DNA of 64,000 nucleotides from a virus (Duplodnaviria; Heunggongvirae; Uroviricota; Caudoviricetes): IMG/VR virus record IMGVR_UViG_3300037067_007156, positions 13,519 to 77,518 of that record; one strand, 5' to 3'. Shown piece by piece: positions 9,335 to 19,853 of this stretch (position 1 is its first letter; each line of letters starts with the position of its first letter). The notes under the pieces were generated by a model. It saw only the letters and a program-made list of their open reading frames with translations, ran no database searches and was not told where the DNA came from. The position numbers and the translations under genes were made by a program.

Positions 9335-10425
9335 TTTATTATATTTTTGGATTCGTCAGAGTTACTAATCAAAACGTTTTTAATATTTAAAATATTACTT
9401 ATTTTCCGAATAAAATCATCTTCATTTGAAGAATAAATTATATTATTCTTATATGTAAATCTATATTCATCTATAATGTGGTCAAGACACGTTATAACAA
9501 GTGTTTTATTTTCAGAAAAACGAATATACGGGTCTTTATTTATACTATATAATAATAAATCTAAATTAAGTAATGCTCGTCTAAATTCACCTTGGTGAGG
9601 ATGTGTTACATTGGTTTCATTTGGGTTTATTAAAATATTATGTGATATATCTTCACCAACCATAGCACCATTACCATGTCTTGTTTGATAAGCTCTTGTA
9701 ACTAAATATAATTCTGGTTTAAAACCAGCGTCTAATATATTTTTAGTACTGACACAACTTCTGGTTACATGGGGGAAAAACCCAATATTTGGGTCTAATA
9801 ATAGACCTTGTGAACCTTCAAATATATATTTATAACCATCTGGAAAACCATATTGTGGTTTTATATTATTACAAGCTAAAATTCTTCCCACACTTTGGAA
9901 GAATCTATCTAAATTAATTTCAAAATTTAAATTGTAGAACTTTTTTATTTCATTTAATTTTATTTTCATAACTGGTTCATGAAATAAATCACCAAATTGT
10001 AAAGAATAAAATTTTTCTTCTCTATTTATTGTTGCACCAACACCGACACCAACACTACCATGATGATTAATCTTTTCCAATTCTTGATTATAACAAATAT
10101 CAAATGGTGTTGTTATAGGACATCTTTCATCAATATAAAGTAAAGGATTTACACCATTTCCAATTAAAACATCCAATTCATTTATTAAACCAACTGGGTC
10201 AACAGTACAGTATTTTGCCCAATAAGATGGTACACCACGTAGTGTACCAGAACCTAAATTTGAAAATACGTGTCTGATACCATTAAAATTTACAGTATGA
10301 CCAGATTGTTGACCACCTGAAAATCTTACTACTAATATATTATTAGAATGGGAACAAAGGTAATCGGTTGTTATTCCCTTACCCTCATCCCCATACCCAA
10401 TGCCCACCACAGCTTTACTGCTCAT
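9325..10425 (-). CDS. purA: Adenylosuccinate synthetase-like protein
   Basis: GYGDEGKG, RFSGGQQSGHTV, HGSVGVGVG, FEGSQGLLLD, PHVTRS, TRHGNG motifs. Confidence 0.8.
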   Translation of the reverse strand: MSSKAVVGIGYGDEGKGITTDYLCSHSNNILVVRFSGGQQSGHTVNFNGIRHVFSNLGSGTLRGVPSYWAKYCTVDPVGLINELDVLIGNGVNPLLYIDERCPITTPFDICYNQELEKINHHGSVGVGVGATINREEKFYSLQFGDLFHEPVMKIKLNEIKKFYNLNFEINLDRFFQSVGRILACNNIKPQYGFPDGYKYIFEGSQGLLLDPNIGFFPHVTRSCVSTKNILDAGFKPELYLVTRAYQTRHGNGAMVGEDISHNILINPNETNVTHPHQGEFRRALLNLDLLLYSINKDPYIRFSENKTLVITCLDHIIDEYRFTYKNNIIYSSNEDDFIRKISNILNIKNVLISNSDESKNIIKWN

Positions 10426-10437
10426 TTATTATTAATA

Positions 10438-11328
10438 TTATAAAATATTGGTATTACTCCAATCATGTGGTTTATAACTATCACCAGCAGTGTTAATTTC
10501 AATTTTAGTGTCAACTAATTGTTCTTTAACATTTTCTATTTTAAGAATAGTGTCAGCAATTATAGCAGCCACATCATTCTTATCTTCAACTATGATTAAA
10601 CCATCACCCATGAGTTGTTTCCACTCATTTATTGTAGTTTGACGACTGCCTGCACCTGTCTGTTTGATATGTAAATGAAAAACGTGGTATTTTTCCCTTG
10701 CTTTTTCTAAAAGAAAATCAGAAGTATAATCACTGTATTGGCCTTCACCCATTAAATCTTTAATAACATTTTTTGGTAAATTTCTTAATGTTGGTTCATC
10801 ACCAATTGTAAACAAAAACCCTTTATTTTTTCTTTTTTCATAACAATCAATAGAAGTGTGAAAAGCAGCAAAATACCATGCAAGTAAATAACTCTCACCT
10901 TCATTTCCACCACCACCACCTTCAAGCCATACATCAGTCAACCATTTATCAAGTAATTCATCACTTGATTCAAACTGTGCTACTTGTAACGGTGACCTGT
11001 CTTCTTCGTGGTCACCAACAGCAAGAAATAATAATTGTGGGTCAGCTACCCCACCTTGAATAATATTACCCATAATATGAGGAAGTCCTTCTTTTACAAG
11101 AAAGTGGGGAATTGACCCCATCGAACCTGTTACATCTAAACCCAAAATTATTGAAATTGAATTTGGATGTTCATTTGAATCTCTCGATTCTCTGATAGCA
11201 ACACCATGAGGATTCATAGCATTATTAATTGAACGCTGTTTGAAAATCTCATGTGTAGATTTAGTTTTGTATCCTAAATCTTCAGCTCTTATTGAACGAG
11301 CAAATGATGAATATTTACCGTCACCCAT
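10438..11328 (-). CDS. VWA-domain protein
   Basis: MIDAS LDVTGSM, GGGGNEGESY, FTIGDE. Confidence 0.8.
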   Translation of the reverse strand: MGDGKYSSFARSIRAEDLGYKTKSTHEIFKQRSINNAMNPHGVAIRESRDSNEHPNSISIILGLDVTGSMGSIPHFLVKEGLPHIMGNIIQGGVADPQLLFLAVGDHEEDRSPLQVAQFESSDELLDKWLTDVWLEGGGGGNEGESYLLAWYFAAFHTSIDCYEKRKNKGFLFTIGDEPTLRNLPKNVIKDLMGEGQYSDYTSDFLLEKAREKYHVFHLHIKQTGAGSRQTTINEWKQLMGDGLIIVEDKNDVAAIIADTILKIENVKEQLVDTKIEINTAGDSYKPHDWSNTNIL

Positions 11329-11684
11329 TATTCATTTCCCCCAAATAAGAAATCATAACGTTTTTTGGCAATTTCCAACATGATTTCAGTGTTGCGAATT
11401 TCCACACCCAGTTTTAGGTCTTTGTCAACAAATTCAATACTCTTGAAATCCGTTGCGAGAATGAGAGACTGCGTGTTAGTTGGAGATAAGTCAAGCATAT
11501 TTTCGAGTTCTCTTTTCATCCTTTTTACAGATGTTTCCAAATCCTCGATTTTACGTTTGTAAATCATCTGGGTATCTTCAACAATAGCAAGCGCACGGTC
11601 ATCACGTATCTGTTTGTTATTGCGTTTTAATGAACTGTAAAACGCCCCAGTTAATTGTTCTGTTTGTTCTTTTAAATCTTCCAT
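11328..11684 (-). CDS. Coiled-coil hypothetical protein
   Basis: 118 aa, translationally coupled to VWA gene. Confidence 0.65.
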   Translation of the reverse strand: MEDLKEQTEQLTGAFYSSLKRNNKQIRDDRALAIVEDTQMIYKRKIEDLETSVKRMKRELENMLDLSPTNTQSLILATDFKSIEFVDKDLKLGVEIRNTEIMLEIAKKRYDFLFGGNE

Positions 11685-11760
11685 TTTATTTTCATTTTTA
11701 ATTTTTTGATTGATAATATTATTATAGTTAAATTTCGTTTAAAAGTTTGATAATAATTTT

Positions 11761-12669
11761 TTATATTTCTGTATATAATTTATTTTTCAAAATATACTGA
11801 TACACATCAGGTGATATTTTAGTCAATAAATTCTTTTCATCGTCTGGATGAGATTCTTTATAATATTTTATTAATAATTCTCTGACCTCAGTTGATGAAA
11901 CTTCTATAACTGGTATAATTTCATTTTTACCATTGAGATAAATATGGGGGAATTTAGTGTACCAAATATCTGTTGTTGGTTCATACCCTTTGCGTGGAAC
12001 TATAATGAAACGAATTAATTTTTCCAATTCATCAAAATTCACAAAAGTGTTGAAAATATTCGCATTATCTTGACCAAGAATAAATGAAAAATTGTAATTT
12101 TCATATAATGGGTCATTCATCAATTTTTTCACTAAATGGTATGTTTCACCTGCTAATTGATGTTCATTTTCATAATCAAACACTTTTATTCTACTATCAT
12201 CAATAGATAATTTACACATATTATATCTATGTTCAAATGATATAATGTTTTTACCAGTAATAGAAGAATAATTAGGCATTATCCAAACCTCATCAAATTC
12301 TTTAGAACACACATTAAGTACATATTTACATATCTGAATATGTCCTATTGTTGGCGGATTACCACTAATACCGAGTAATGCCACTTTATACTTTCTACCT
12401 AAACTTTTATATTGTAGTTTTCTTCTTTTAATTTTTTCTAAACAACCATTTATAACATCTTCTACATCAAATTCCGATTCATTACAAAGTTGTATAACCG
12501 AGCATAACAAATCCCCTGCTTCTTCTTTAAGATTTTTTATATCTGTAAATCTCGATAACTCCATTGATTCATTTAATATATCTTTTAAACGTTCGTTTAA
12601 AACAGTTTTAGAAAAATGTTCGATGAAAACTTCATTAATTTTTTGTTGCAATTCTTTGATTTGTCCCAT
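11761..12669 (-). CDS. nadD: MazG-like N-terminus fused to nicotinate/nicotinamide-nucleotide adenylyltransferase (NadD-like)
   Basis: NESMEL...EEAGDLL (MazG); GNPPTIGH, FILGQDN, VSSTEVR (NadD). Confidence 0.75.
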   Translation of the reverse strand: MGQIKELQQKINEVFIEHFSKTVLNERLKDILNESMELSRFTDIKNLKEEAGDLLCSVIQLCNESEFDVEDVINGCLEKIKRRKLQYKSLGRKYKVALLGISGNPPTIGHIQICKYVLNVCSKEFDEVWIMPNYSSITGKNIISFEHRYNMCKLSIDDSRIKVFDYENEHQLAGETYHLVKKLMNDPLYENYNFSFILGQDNANIFNTFVNFDELEKLIRFIIVPRKGYEPTTDIWYTKFPHIYLNGKNEIIPVIEVSSTEVRELLIKYYKESHPDDEKNLLTKISPDVYQYILKNKLYTEI

Positions 12670-12690
12670 ATAATTTAAATTTTAAAAGAA

Positions 12691-12957
12691 TTATTCCTCA
12701 AATAATTTTAATATTTTTAGTTTTCTTTCAGCTTGTTTAAGTATGATATCTTCTTTTTCAGAATTTCTATTTTCTTGTAAAATAAGCTTATAGCACTCTT
12801 GTGCTATTTTAACTTTTTTAACATAATAAGAATCTTCACCTTCTTCACCTTTATAACATAGTGGGGTTGGAAAAATCTTACGAAATTTGTGGAGTGGGTG
12901 TGGATATACACACCCACCCATATAATCTTCCCAAATACACCTACCAGTGTAACACAT
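12691..12957 (-). CDS. Cys-containing hypothetical protein (RKxKI motif family)
   Basis: 88 aa; ends RKLKILKLFEE. Confidence 0.6.
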   Translation of the reverse strand: MCYTGRCIWEDYMGGCVYPHPLHKFRKIFPTPLCYKGEEGEDSYYVKKVKIAQECYKLILQENRNSEKEDIILKQAERKLKILKLFEE

Positions 12958-13289
12958 TAGTTGTTATTGATAAAAGAAACTATTTCGTTCCAAGTTTTGA
13001 TATCGACAGATTCGAGTTCAAAGTCATGAAAATATGATGAATTAGTATCACCTTTATCTGATAATCTACCATTGATACAAAAATCATCGTCATAGAACTC
13101 CAGATTTAAATCTAAGATACCATCATTTATATTAATAGTTTGACTTGAATCTTCTTTCAATTGAATAAATTTATCAAATGCATTAACAACATTAGTAACA
13201 TCACATTTTTTCATCTGAATGGTTACTCGACCATCATCATCCATAATAGTAATGAATTCGTTTTTAATTGAAAAATCTAAAGTTATCAT
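12957..13289 (-). CDS. Hypothetical protein
   Basis: 110-aa ORF coupled to neighbours. Confidence 0.6.
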   Translation of the reverse strand: MITLDFSIKNEFITIMDDDGRVTIQMKKCDVTNVVNAFDKFIQLKEDSSQTININDGILDLNLEFYDDDFCINGRLSDKGDTNSSYFHDFELESVDIKTWNEIVSFINNN

Positions 13290-13290
13290 A

Positions 13291-15213
13291 TTAGTATGCT
13301 TCTAAAAATTCATTTTTAAACATAATTGGAATACCAAGTTGTATAGCTTTTTCCAATTTACTCGAACCACTATTTTTATCTTTTACCAAAAGATGTGTTG
13401 TGTTTTTAGAAACACCAGAAGCGTTTTTACCACCGTTTTCTTCAATCATCTTAGATAATTCAGCATCTCTGAAACCAGTCATACAAACATTGAAACCATC
13501 ATATTTATTACTTTTCAATTCTACTTTAGGTGATTCAGCATAAGCCACTTTGATTGGTAAATCCTGATGATACAGATTATACTCTTTAAGTCCAACAAAA
13601 AAAGCTTTGGCTTTAATTTCTCCAATTCCTTCTATTTCACAAAGTTGTTCAATTACATTCGAATTATCGAAATCACCTTTAAAATTATCAAATATTCTTT
13701 GTGCATCTTTTTCACCAAGTTTTCCTTCAAATAAATCGAGGGCATGAATAATCTTTGCTAATGGTAAACCGTCACGATGAAGTTTATCAAATTGAGCTAA
13801 TAATTTGGATATTGATTTGTCAGCCCAACCTTCAAATTTATAAAGTTCATCATAAGTTATTTCCAATAATTTTTTGGGTGTATTATATCCAGCATTGAAT
13901 AATTTTTCTATTTCCTTTTCTCCAAAATTATCAATTTTTATATTGGTAAAAAAAGATATTTGTTTATTAAGCAATCGTTCTGGACACTTTAAGTTATTAC
14001 ACATCAATTCGGTGTGAGTTTCATCCCAATAGGTATCAGAACCGCAGCATGGACATTTTTTTAATTGTTCTCTTAGTTTATCTATCTCACTTTGGTCGTG
14101 GGTAAATGTTTTAAGATGTTTTGGGATAACATCACCAGAACGGGTAATTTCAACTATTGAACCAGCAGCAATATTGTTTTCAAAAACATAATTCATATTG
14201 TAACAAGTGAAATTAGAAACTTCAACATTGGTAACTATTGTTGGTTCAATCTGAGCAACAGGTTTAAGTTTTCCTTGTTTAGATACACCAATTCTTAATG
14301 ATTTACATGGAACTTTAACTTTTGTAGACCATTCTGGTAATTTTAATGCACGAGCATAAACTGGATTATTATTTCTTTCTCTTCCCAATTCTTCACGAAG
14401 ATTATTATCATCAATTTCGATTACCAAACCATCAATCTCGAACATTTCACTTATTTGATTATATAATCTATTGAAATTTTCAAGTGTAAAATCTTCCAGT
14501 TTCATCAATTCATAATAAACTGGAATTTCATTTATTTGATTTACTAAATCTAACTGGTCAGATTTATTCAAACATGTACCGTCAATATTTTCAACACCAT
14601 AACGAACATATGTTCCGTGTTTAAGGAGTTCAGTGTTTATAGATTTTTTAGTATTTATTTGACCAGCGATAGTATTTCTTGCTGCTTTAAAAGGTTTACC
14701 ATCTCTTGGGTTTATCTTTCCTTCAAAATTATCCTTCCAATCTTTTTTAGAAATGATACACTCACCATACGTAACATCATTTTCTGTTAAAAAATCTGAT
14801 ACCTTTTTACCAGTTTTTATTATTAAATAATGGTCATCTTTAATTTCGCCAGTAACACCTTTTCCTCTTGTCCAACATTTTTTGATAATTTCTTTTGTAC
14901 AAAGAGAAAGTCCATCATATTTACCAGTTGCTATAAAAATAGTATCATCTGGTATACTTTTACTTTTACACCACGATTTAATTTCATCGATGCTGTGTAA
15001 TTTATCCAAGGAATACATTTTAATTGGAAGTAATTCTGCATCTTCCAATGGTTGTTCTATAATACCATCGGGAGTAATATCATCATCATCTGGATATTTA
15101 TTAATAAAATCATAATAAATTTCATCATATTCAGCATCAGATACTGTTTGATTACCATCCCGATATTCTTTATCTCTGGATATAATCCACTGTTTTTGTT
15201 CTTCTCTTGTCAT
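13291..15213 (-). CDS. ligA: NAD-dependent DNA ligase
   Basis: SDAEYD, MYSLDK, KYDG active site, TRGKG, EIDGLV, RSGDVIP, Zn finger, HhH, C-terminal BRCT. Confidence 0.95.
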   Translation of the reverse strand: MTREEQKQWIISRDKEYRDGNQTVSDAEYDEIYYDFINKYPDDDDITPDGIIEQPLEDAELLPIKMYSLDKLHSIDEIKSWCKSKSIPDDTIFIATGKYDGLSLCTKEIIKKCWTRGKGVTGEIKDDHYLIIKTGKKVSDFLTENDVTYGECIISKKDWKDNFEGKINPRDGKPFKAARNTIAGQINTKKSINTELLKHGTYVRYGVENIDGTCLNKSDQLDLVNQINEIPVYYELMKLEDFTLENFNRLYNQISEMFEIDGLVIEIDDNNLREELGRERNNNPVYARALKLPEWSTKVKVPCKSLRIGVSKQGKLKPVAQIEPTIVTNVEVSNFTCYNMNYVFENNIAAGSIVEITRSGDVIPKHLKTFTHDQSEIDKLREQLKKCPCCGSDTYWDETHTELMCNNLKCPERLLNKQISFFTNIKIDNFGEKEIEKLFNAGYNTPKKLLEITYDELYKFEGWADKSISKLLAQFDKLHRDGLPLAKIIHALDLFEGKLGEKDAQRIFDNFKGDFDNSNVIEQLCEIEGIGEIKAKAFFVGLKEYNLYHQDLPIKVAYAESPKVELKSNKYDGFNVCMTGFRDAELSKMIEENGGKNASGVSKNTTHLLVKDKNSGSSKLEKAIQLGIPIMFKNEFLEAY

Positions 15214-15221
15214 ATAATTGT

Positions 15222-15596
15222 TTATTTTAAAATTTTATGTAATGTAGTATCACCATCCCAAGTAAAACATGCAGTTCTACGGTCATTATTAAAAACAAAA
15301 ATATATCCCTTGGCACTATCTGGTATTTCGTATGCACCAAGTATTGAAAAAGTATATTCTTCAGTAAGTATAAAAGTTGTTGTGATTGTATCGTTCCAAT
15401 AACCATTAAAAACTGTGGAATACTTTACATAACCAGTATTCATAGTATCACAAATTATTTTAGGTGTTGTATCTTTTAAGACTACGATTTCTATTACATT
15501 AGTCTGAGAAGTTCGGGTGGAATAACAGCTCGAAATTAATGATAATAAAATAATTATTAATAAAAAAAGTAAAAAATAATAAGAAAAGTTTTTCAT
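15222..15596 (-). CDS. Putative lipoprotein
   Basis: Hydrophobic N-terminus ending LISSC (lipobox-like). Confidence 0.55.
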   Translation of the reverse strand: MKNFSYYFLLFLLIIILLSLISSCYSTRTSQTNVIEIVVLKDTTPKIICDTMNTGYVKYSTVFNGYWNDTITTTFILTEEYTFSILGAYEIPDSAKGYIFVFNNDRRTACFTWDGDTTLHKILK

Positions 15597-15652
15597 TATT
15601 TAAAGAGTTTTAATAACACAAAAATAATGAAAAATATTTAAATTGATTTAAA

Positions 15653-15841
15653 TTATATAGATTTTTTTAACATTTTTAAAAAATCTTTTTCAGAAGTGAG
15701 ATTATAACTTTTTATAATATCATTTTCGTTTTTACCACATCTTGAACAAACAAACGTGGTTTCTATCATGTTATTATCTTTATATTCTTTTTTCTCAATA
15801 ATATCATGATTATTAAATAATATACATCTAAGTGATATCAT
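15653..15841 (-). CDS. Small Zn-ribbon-like protein
   Basis: C...H...CSRCG. Confidence 0.5.
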   Translation of the reverse strand: MISLRCILFNNHDIIEKKEYKDNNMIETTFVCSRCGKNENDIIKSYNLTSEKDFLKMLKKSI

Positions 15842-15933
15842 AATATTGAATTTTTTATATTCAAAAATAAAACATTTTTTTATTTAAATAATATATCTTT
15901 GGATGATATTAATCACCAACAAATGTCATATTT

Positions 15934-16146
15934 ATGTATGAAATTGATAAAATTTACGGTGTACCGATTAAAGAAATAGCTTGTCCAGGTTGTGGTAGAA
16001 AATATGGACATCATAAAACGACAGTGGACACAATTTCTGAAGAATGTAGTTCTTGTGTAAAAGACGCTGGTTATAAAGAAGTGAACTTTGTATCAGCAAA
16101 AGAATTTATCGAAAATATTCTTGGTTATAAACCTTTTTGTTTTTAA
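15934..16146 (+). CDS. Small Zn-finger protein
   Basis: CPGC...CSSC; TATCTTTG promoter box at 15894-15901. Confidence 0.6.
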   Translation: MYEIDKIYGVPIKEIACPGCGRKYGHHKTTVDTISEECSSCVKDAGYKEVNFVSAKEFIENILGYKPFCF

Positions 16147-16838
16147 TTCATATTCAAAATATGAATAGAATCGATTATATCGTCAAAGGGCTTGGGTATT
16201 TTTTTCATACCCAATAATATTTCTTTATTCAACTTTACATAATCAAATATGGGTGTTTGAATATTAGCATCTAACATCGCTTTTAACATATCAGATTTTT
16301 CAAAATCACCACCTTTTATTCCATATGGACTCATAGAAATTTTTGGGTCTTTTAATGTTTGCCCCTTTTTACCAATAGGAGCAGGTAAATAACCATACGT
16401 TTTTATACAAGTTTGTAACTTAACAGTATTTGGAGAATAAATATTTAAATGTGAATTTGGTACAAAAACCATAATTTTTTGTCTTATTAAAGTAGAAAAC
16501 CCCACTATATCAATTAATGAATTAGTATTTTTATTATTAAAAGAATATCCTTCTATATTAGTAACTGTATCTTTATTTGGGTCTATATTTTGTAATATAT
16601 CATTTAAAATTAAATCAGAAACATTTTCGAAATCTAACAATTTATTCACTTCACGTTCTGAATACGTATCAACTTCTTCATGATATTTAATATGACGAAA
16701 TAATATTATTTTATCTATCTCTTTAACCCATTTATTTTCTGGACTTGTGGTAGAATAACTGAAAATTTGAATTTTATTGTTTGATTGTAATGTCATTGCA
16801 GTAGATGTAGGTGATATATCTAATCCTATTTTATTCAT
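16143..16838 (-). CDS. RuvC-like Holliday junction resolvase
   Basis: IGLDISPTSTA, IEGYSF, DDIIDS acidic motifs. Confidence 0.7.
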   Translation of the reverse strand: MNKIGLDISPTSTAMTLQSNNKIQIFSYSTTSPENKWVKEIDKIILFRHIKYHEEVDTYSEREVNKLLDFENVSDLILNDILQNIDPNKDTVTNIEGYSFNNKNTNSLIDIVGFSTLIRQKIMVFVPNSHLNIYSPNTVKLQTCIKTYGYLPAPIGKKGQTLKDPKISMSPYGIKGGDFEKSDMLKAMLDANIQTPIFDYVKLNKEILLGMKKIPKPFDDIIDSIHILNMN

Positions 16839-16847
16839 TCATATTGT

Positions 16848-17129
16848 TTATTTTTTCATTATGACACAATATGGCATGTTACAGCGATTTATTATATCAT
16901 AATATTCATTTCTTACTATATCTGGATTGATATATCTTTTAGTAGTTTTAATTTCTTCTTTAGAAACAAGAATTTTTTTCAACATTTTATAGTTGATATC
17001 TTGTGGTATACCTTTATAGACAACTTTATCGAGTTGACTATCAAATAATAGATTCAGAATATATTCTCTTAGCTCCTTTTTTGTTTTTATAGGCTTATAA
17101 ACAAGATTGTTTTGAAGTTCTATATCCAT
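16848..17129 (-). CDS. Hypothetical protein
   Basis: 93-aa ORF. Confidence 0.55.
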   Translation of the reverse strand: MDIELQNNLVYKPIKTKKELREYILNLLFDSQLDKVVYKGIPQDINYKMLKKILVSKEEIKTTKRYINPDIVRNEYYDIINRCNMPYCVIMKK

Positions 17130-17302
17130 AACAAAAATTTTCGTTTATATTCAAATACGAAAATTTTTGAATAAAATTACAAAAAAAATATCATATTTCC
17201 AAATTCATAATACTTTTTATTAGTTTTAATATATAATTATGTTGCATAATTTTTTTTAGAATATAAAAAATGGTTTATTTGTATAAGAAAATATAATAAT
17301 AT

Positions 17303-18832
17303 ATGAAATCATATAAAGCATTCATAAACGAAAATATACAGAAGGATAACATACAAAATAATGTAGATGTAAAACTTTCATATGAAATAAAAACATTTAA
17401 TATAGAATTATCTCAAAATAAACTTGCCACGTTTGATAAATTAATAAAAAATATTAAACGTTATTCCAAACAAATCGGCTTACCAACGCCTGTTATAAAA
17501 GATTTACCTACAAAAAAATATTATATATTAACAAGTCTATCATTGGATTATGATTTAAATCGTAAAACATCATTTTATAAAGAAACCATTACTGATGATG
17601 ATAAAAAGATTACCGATTTACAAATTGAATATAAAAACAAATCACCTAAAACTAATTTCCAAATAATATCAACCGAAGTTTATCCAAAAACTATTGAAAT
17701 AGTTGCTGAAATAAAACCCCAAGATGAATGGGTTATATTAGGTGTTATTGACCATATTGATGGTATAATAAAAGCTGCACCAAACCAACAAATTCCATTT
17801 GATTTAATACCTGCTGATTTACATAATTCTTGCACTTGTGACCACTGTAACACCGAGAGAACAAGAAATAAAACTGTTTATATTAAAAATTTAAAAGATA
17901 GTAAGACTATCAGGGTGGGTGGTTCTTGTATTAAATATTATCTTGGTTATAAATATGAACATATTTTAAATTATTTATCGGATTTACAGTTATTTGTAAC
18001 CAGTTTTAATAACATGTCAAATGATATTTATGATGAATTTGAAGGTGTTTATAGTAATGGTAGTCGATATATTCAAACACAGGTAGATGTTAAAGATTGT
18101 GTTAAATATTTTTCTTGGTATGTAAAAAAACATGGTTATATATCAAAAAGTAGTGCTGAGAAAATAAATACTGAAAAACAAGAAAAATCTTTTGGTGGTG
18201 ATATAGAACCTAAAATGGTTTCGTCAACTGGAAATATAGTGTCAAATACATTATCATTTGTGAATTCACCACCATCAAGAACAAAAGAAGCTTATGATTC
18301 GTGGATGGAAGAAGTAATTAAAGTAACTGACATTATTTCAAAAGAAAATGATGATTTTTATAACAAATTAGTTCCTTTTGTTGAAACTGAATATAAAACA
18401 AATAATTTCCTTTTTAACGTACATAATTTTATAAATAATGGTGTTGTTGATTTTAAGTATATCAGTTATATAATTGGTGCTTGCTCAATGTTTCAAGGTA
18501 AGATATCTTATGAAGATTTTAAAAATAAATCAAAAGAAGAACAGAAAGAATCAAATTGGGTTGGTACAGTTGGTGAAAAAGTAAAACTTGAAAATCTAAA
18601 AATAGTTCATGTTTCAGGTTTCGAAGGTCAATGGGGTTGGACATCTATTTTCAAATTAGAAGATAAAGATGGAAATCAATTTACAAGATTTGGTGACATA
18701 CCCGATAAATTTTTAGTTTCTGGAACTGAAGTTGTAGTAGATAGTGTGGTTAGTTTTACTGCTGAAATAAAGAAACACGACACTTATAACGATAAAAAAC
18801 AAACAGTTTTAGGAAGATTGTCAAAAATATAA
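17303..18832 (+). CDS. Zn-finger plus C-terminal OB-fold-like protein with capsid-targeting-like N-terminus
   Basis: MKSYKAFINE start; CDHC...VGGSC; WVGTVGEK...OB-like C-terminus. Confidence 0.6.
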   Translation: MKSYKAFINENIQKDNIQNNVDVKLSYEIKTFNIELSQNKLATFDKLIKNIKRYSKQIGLPTPVIKDLPTKKYYILTSLSLDYDLNRKTSFYKETITDDDKKITDLQIEYKNKSPKTNFQIISTEVYPKTIEIVAEIKPQDEWVILGVIDHIDGIIKAAPNQQIPFDLIPADLHNSCTCDHCNTERTRNKTVYIKNLKDSKTIRVGGSCIKYYLGYKYEHILNYLSDLQLFVTSFNNMSNDIYDEFEGVYSNGSRYIQTQVDVKDCVKYFSWYVKKHGYISKSSAEKINTEKQEKSFGGDIEPKMVSSTGNIVSNTLSFVNSPPSRTKEAYDSWMEEVIKVTDIISKENDDFYNKLVPFVETEYKTNNFLFNVHNFINNGVVDFKYISYIIGACSMFQGKISYEDFKNKSKEEQKESNWVGTVGEKVKLENLKIVHVSGFEGQWGWTSIFKLEDKDGNQFTRFGDIPDKFLVSGTEVVVDSVVSFTAEIKKHDTYNDKKQTVLGRLSKI

Positions 18833-18835
18833 TAT

Positions 18836-19228
18836 TTATTCATCAAATAATTTTTTTATTTTCCATTTTCGTAAATTAGCATTTGAAATATTATATTCCA
18901 CTCTAAGCTTTTTTGTATCATAACCTTCAAAAAAAATACTAATATTAAATAAAGTCACTCTATCTTTAAAATATCGAATATCCTCATATGTTTTTCCTTT
19001 CATTATAACGGTGTTTGGATGAGCAAGTAATTCATCGTAATCTCTGAAAGTATTTTCAAGTTTTTTTATAAATTTTAAATAATACCATCTTTCAAATTTG
19101 AAGTTACACACACTTGCAGCTTCAATAACACGAGTAAATCCGATATGACCGTCTGTTGAACTATTTTTATCAACAAAACATAAAAAATTATCATTATACG
19201 TAATGATTGTATAATATTTATTCATCAA
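18836..19228 (-). CDS. Hypothetical protein, tandem paralog family
   Basis: YYTIITYNDNFLCF...RKWKIKKLFDE. Confidence 0.65.
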   Translation of the reverse strand: MMNKYYTIITYNDNFLCFVDKNSSTDGHIGFTRVIEAASVCNFKFERWYYLKFIKKLENTFRDYDELLAHPNTVIMKGKTYEDIRYFKDRVTLFNISIFFEGYDTKKLRVEYNISNANLRKWKIKKLFDE

Positions 19229-19526
19229 ATAATTTTTTTATTTTCCATTTTCGTATTTCACTGCTTGTTAAAATTTTTGTTTTAAAACTACCAGATTCTA
19301 ATAGTTTGAAATCCGTTTCAGATATATTACTTTTAACTTGTTTTAATGTTCCGTGTAAACTTTGAATACCTATTAACGATACTATATAATTAAAAACTTC
19401 TTTATGTTCACTATAACCAGCTTCTTTGAAATCATAAGTGAATTTTATACATTCGCCACTAATATTCTCCAAATAACATATAAAATTATTTTCATAACTA
19501 TAAAATATCAGATAATAAGTGCTCAT
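19218..19526 (-). CDS. Hypothetical protein, tandem paralog family
   Basis: YYLIFYSYENNFICY...RKWKIKKLFDE. Confidence 0.65.
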   Translation of the reverse strand: MSTYYLIFYSYENNFICYLENISGECIKFTYDFKEAGYSEHKEVFNYIVSLIGIQSLHGTLKQVKSNISETDFKLLESGSFKTKILTSSEIRKWKIKKLFDE

Positions 19527-19828
19527 AATTTATCTAAGATATCTAAAATTTTATTTTTTCGTTCTTGGTATAAATTCTTAATCATAAATTTAAAATTTTC
19601 AGGATTAAAATTATCAAATCTTTCAATACAAATAGTCACAAATTCATCGCTTAATGGTTTATAAATTTTAAAATCAATTTCTATATCTAATTTGACAGCT
19701 TTAGCTTTTTCAATGATATCATATTTAGGTACGTCAGAAAGATGTTGAGATATTTTAATATTTCTCATATTATAACTATTAACAAAACCAAAAAATTCAT
19801 CATTATAATATATAGCAATGTAATACAT
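19523..19828 (-). CDS. Hypothetical protein, tandem paralog family
   Basis: YYIAIYYNDEFFGF...RKNKILDIL. Confidence 0.65.
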   Translation of the reverse strand: MYYIAIYYNDEFFGFVNSYNMRNIKISQHLSDVPKYDIIEKAKAVKLDIEIDFKIYKPLSDEFVTICIERFDNFNPENFKFMIKNLYQERKNKILDILDKL

Positions 19829-19853
19829 AATATAATATATTTAAATATACATT

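Noticed and set aside
9325-12669. PurZ/MazZ 2-aminoadenine (Z-genome) pathway
   Set aside because: The PurA homolog keeps Asp in GDEGKG (PurZ has Ser), MazG is fused to NadD, no DatZ is seen and an adenine methylase is present.
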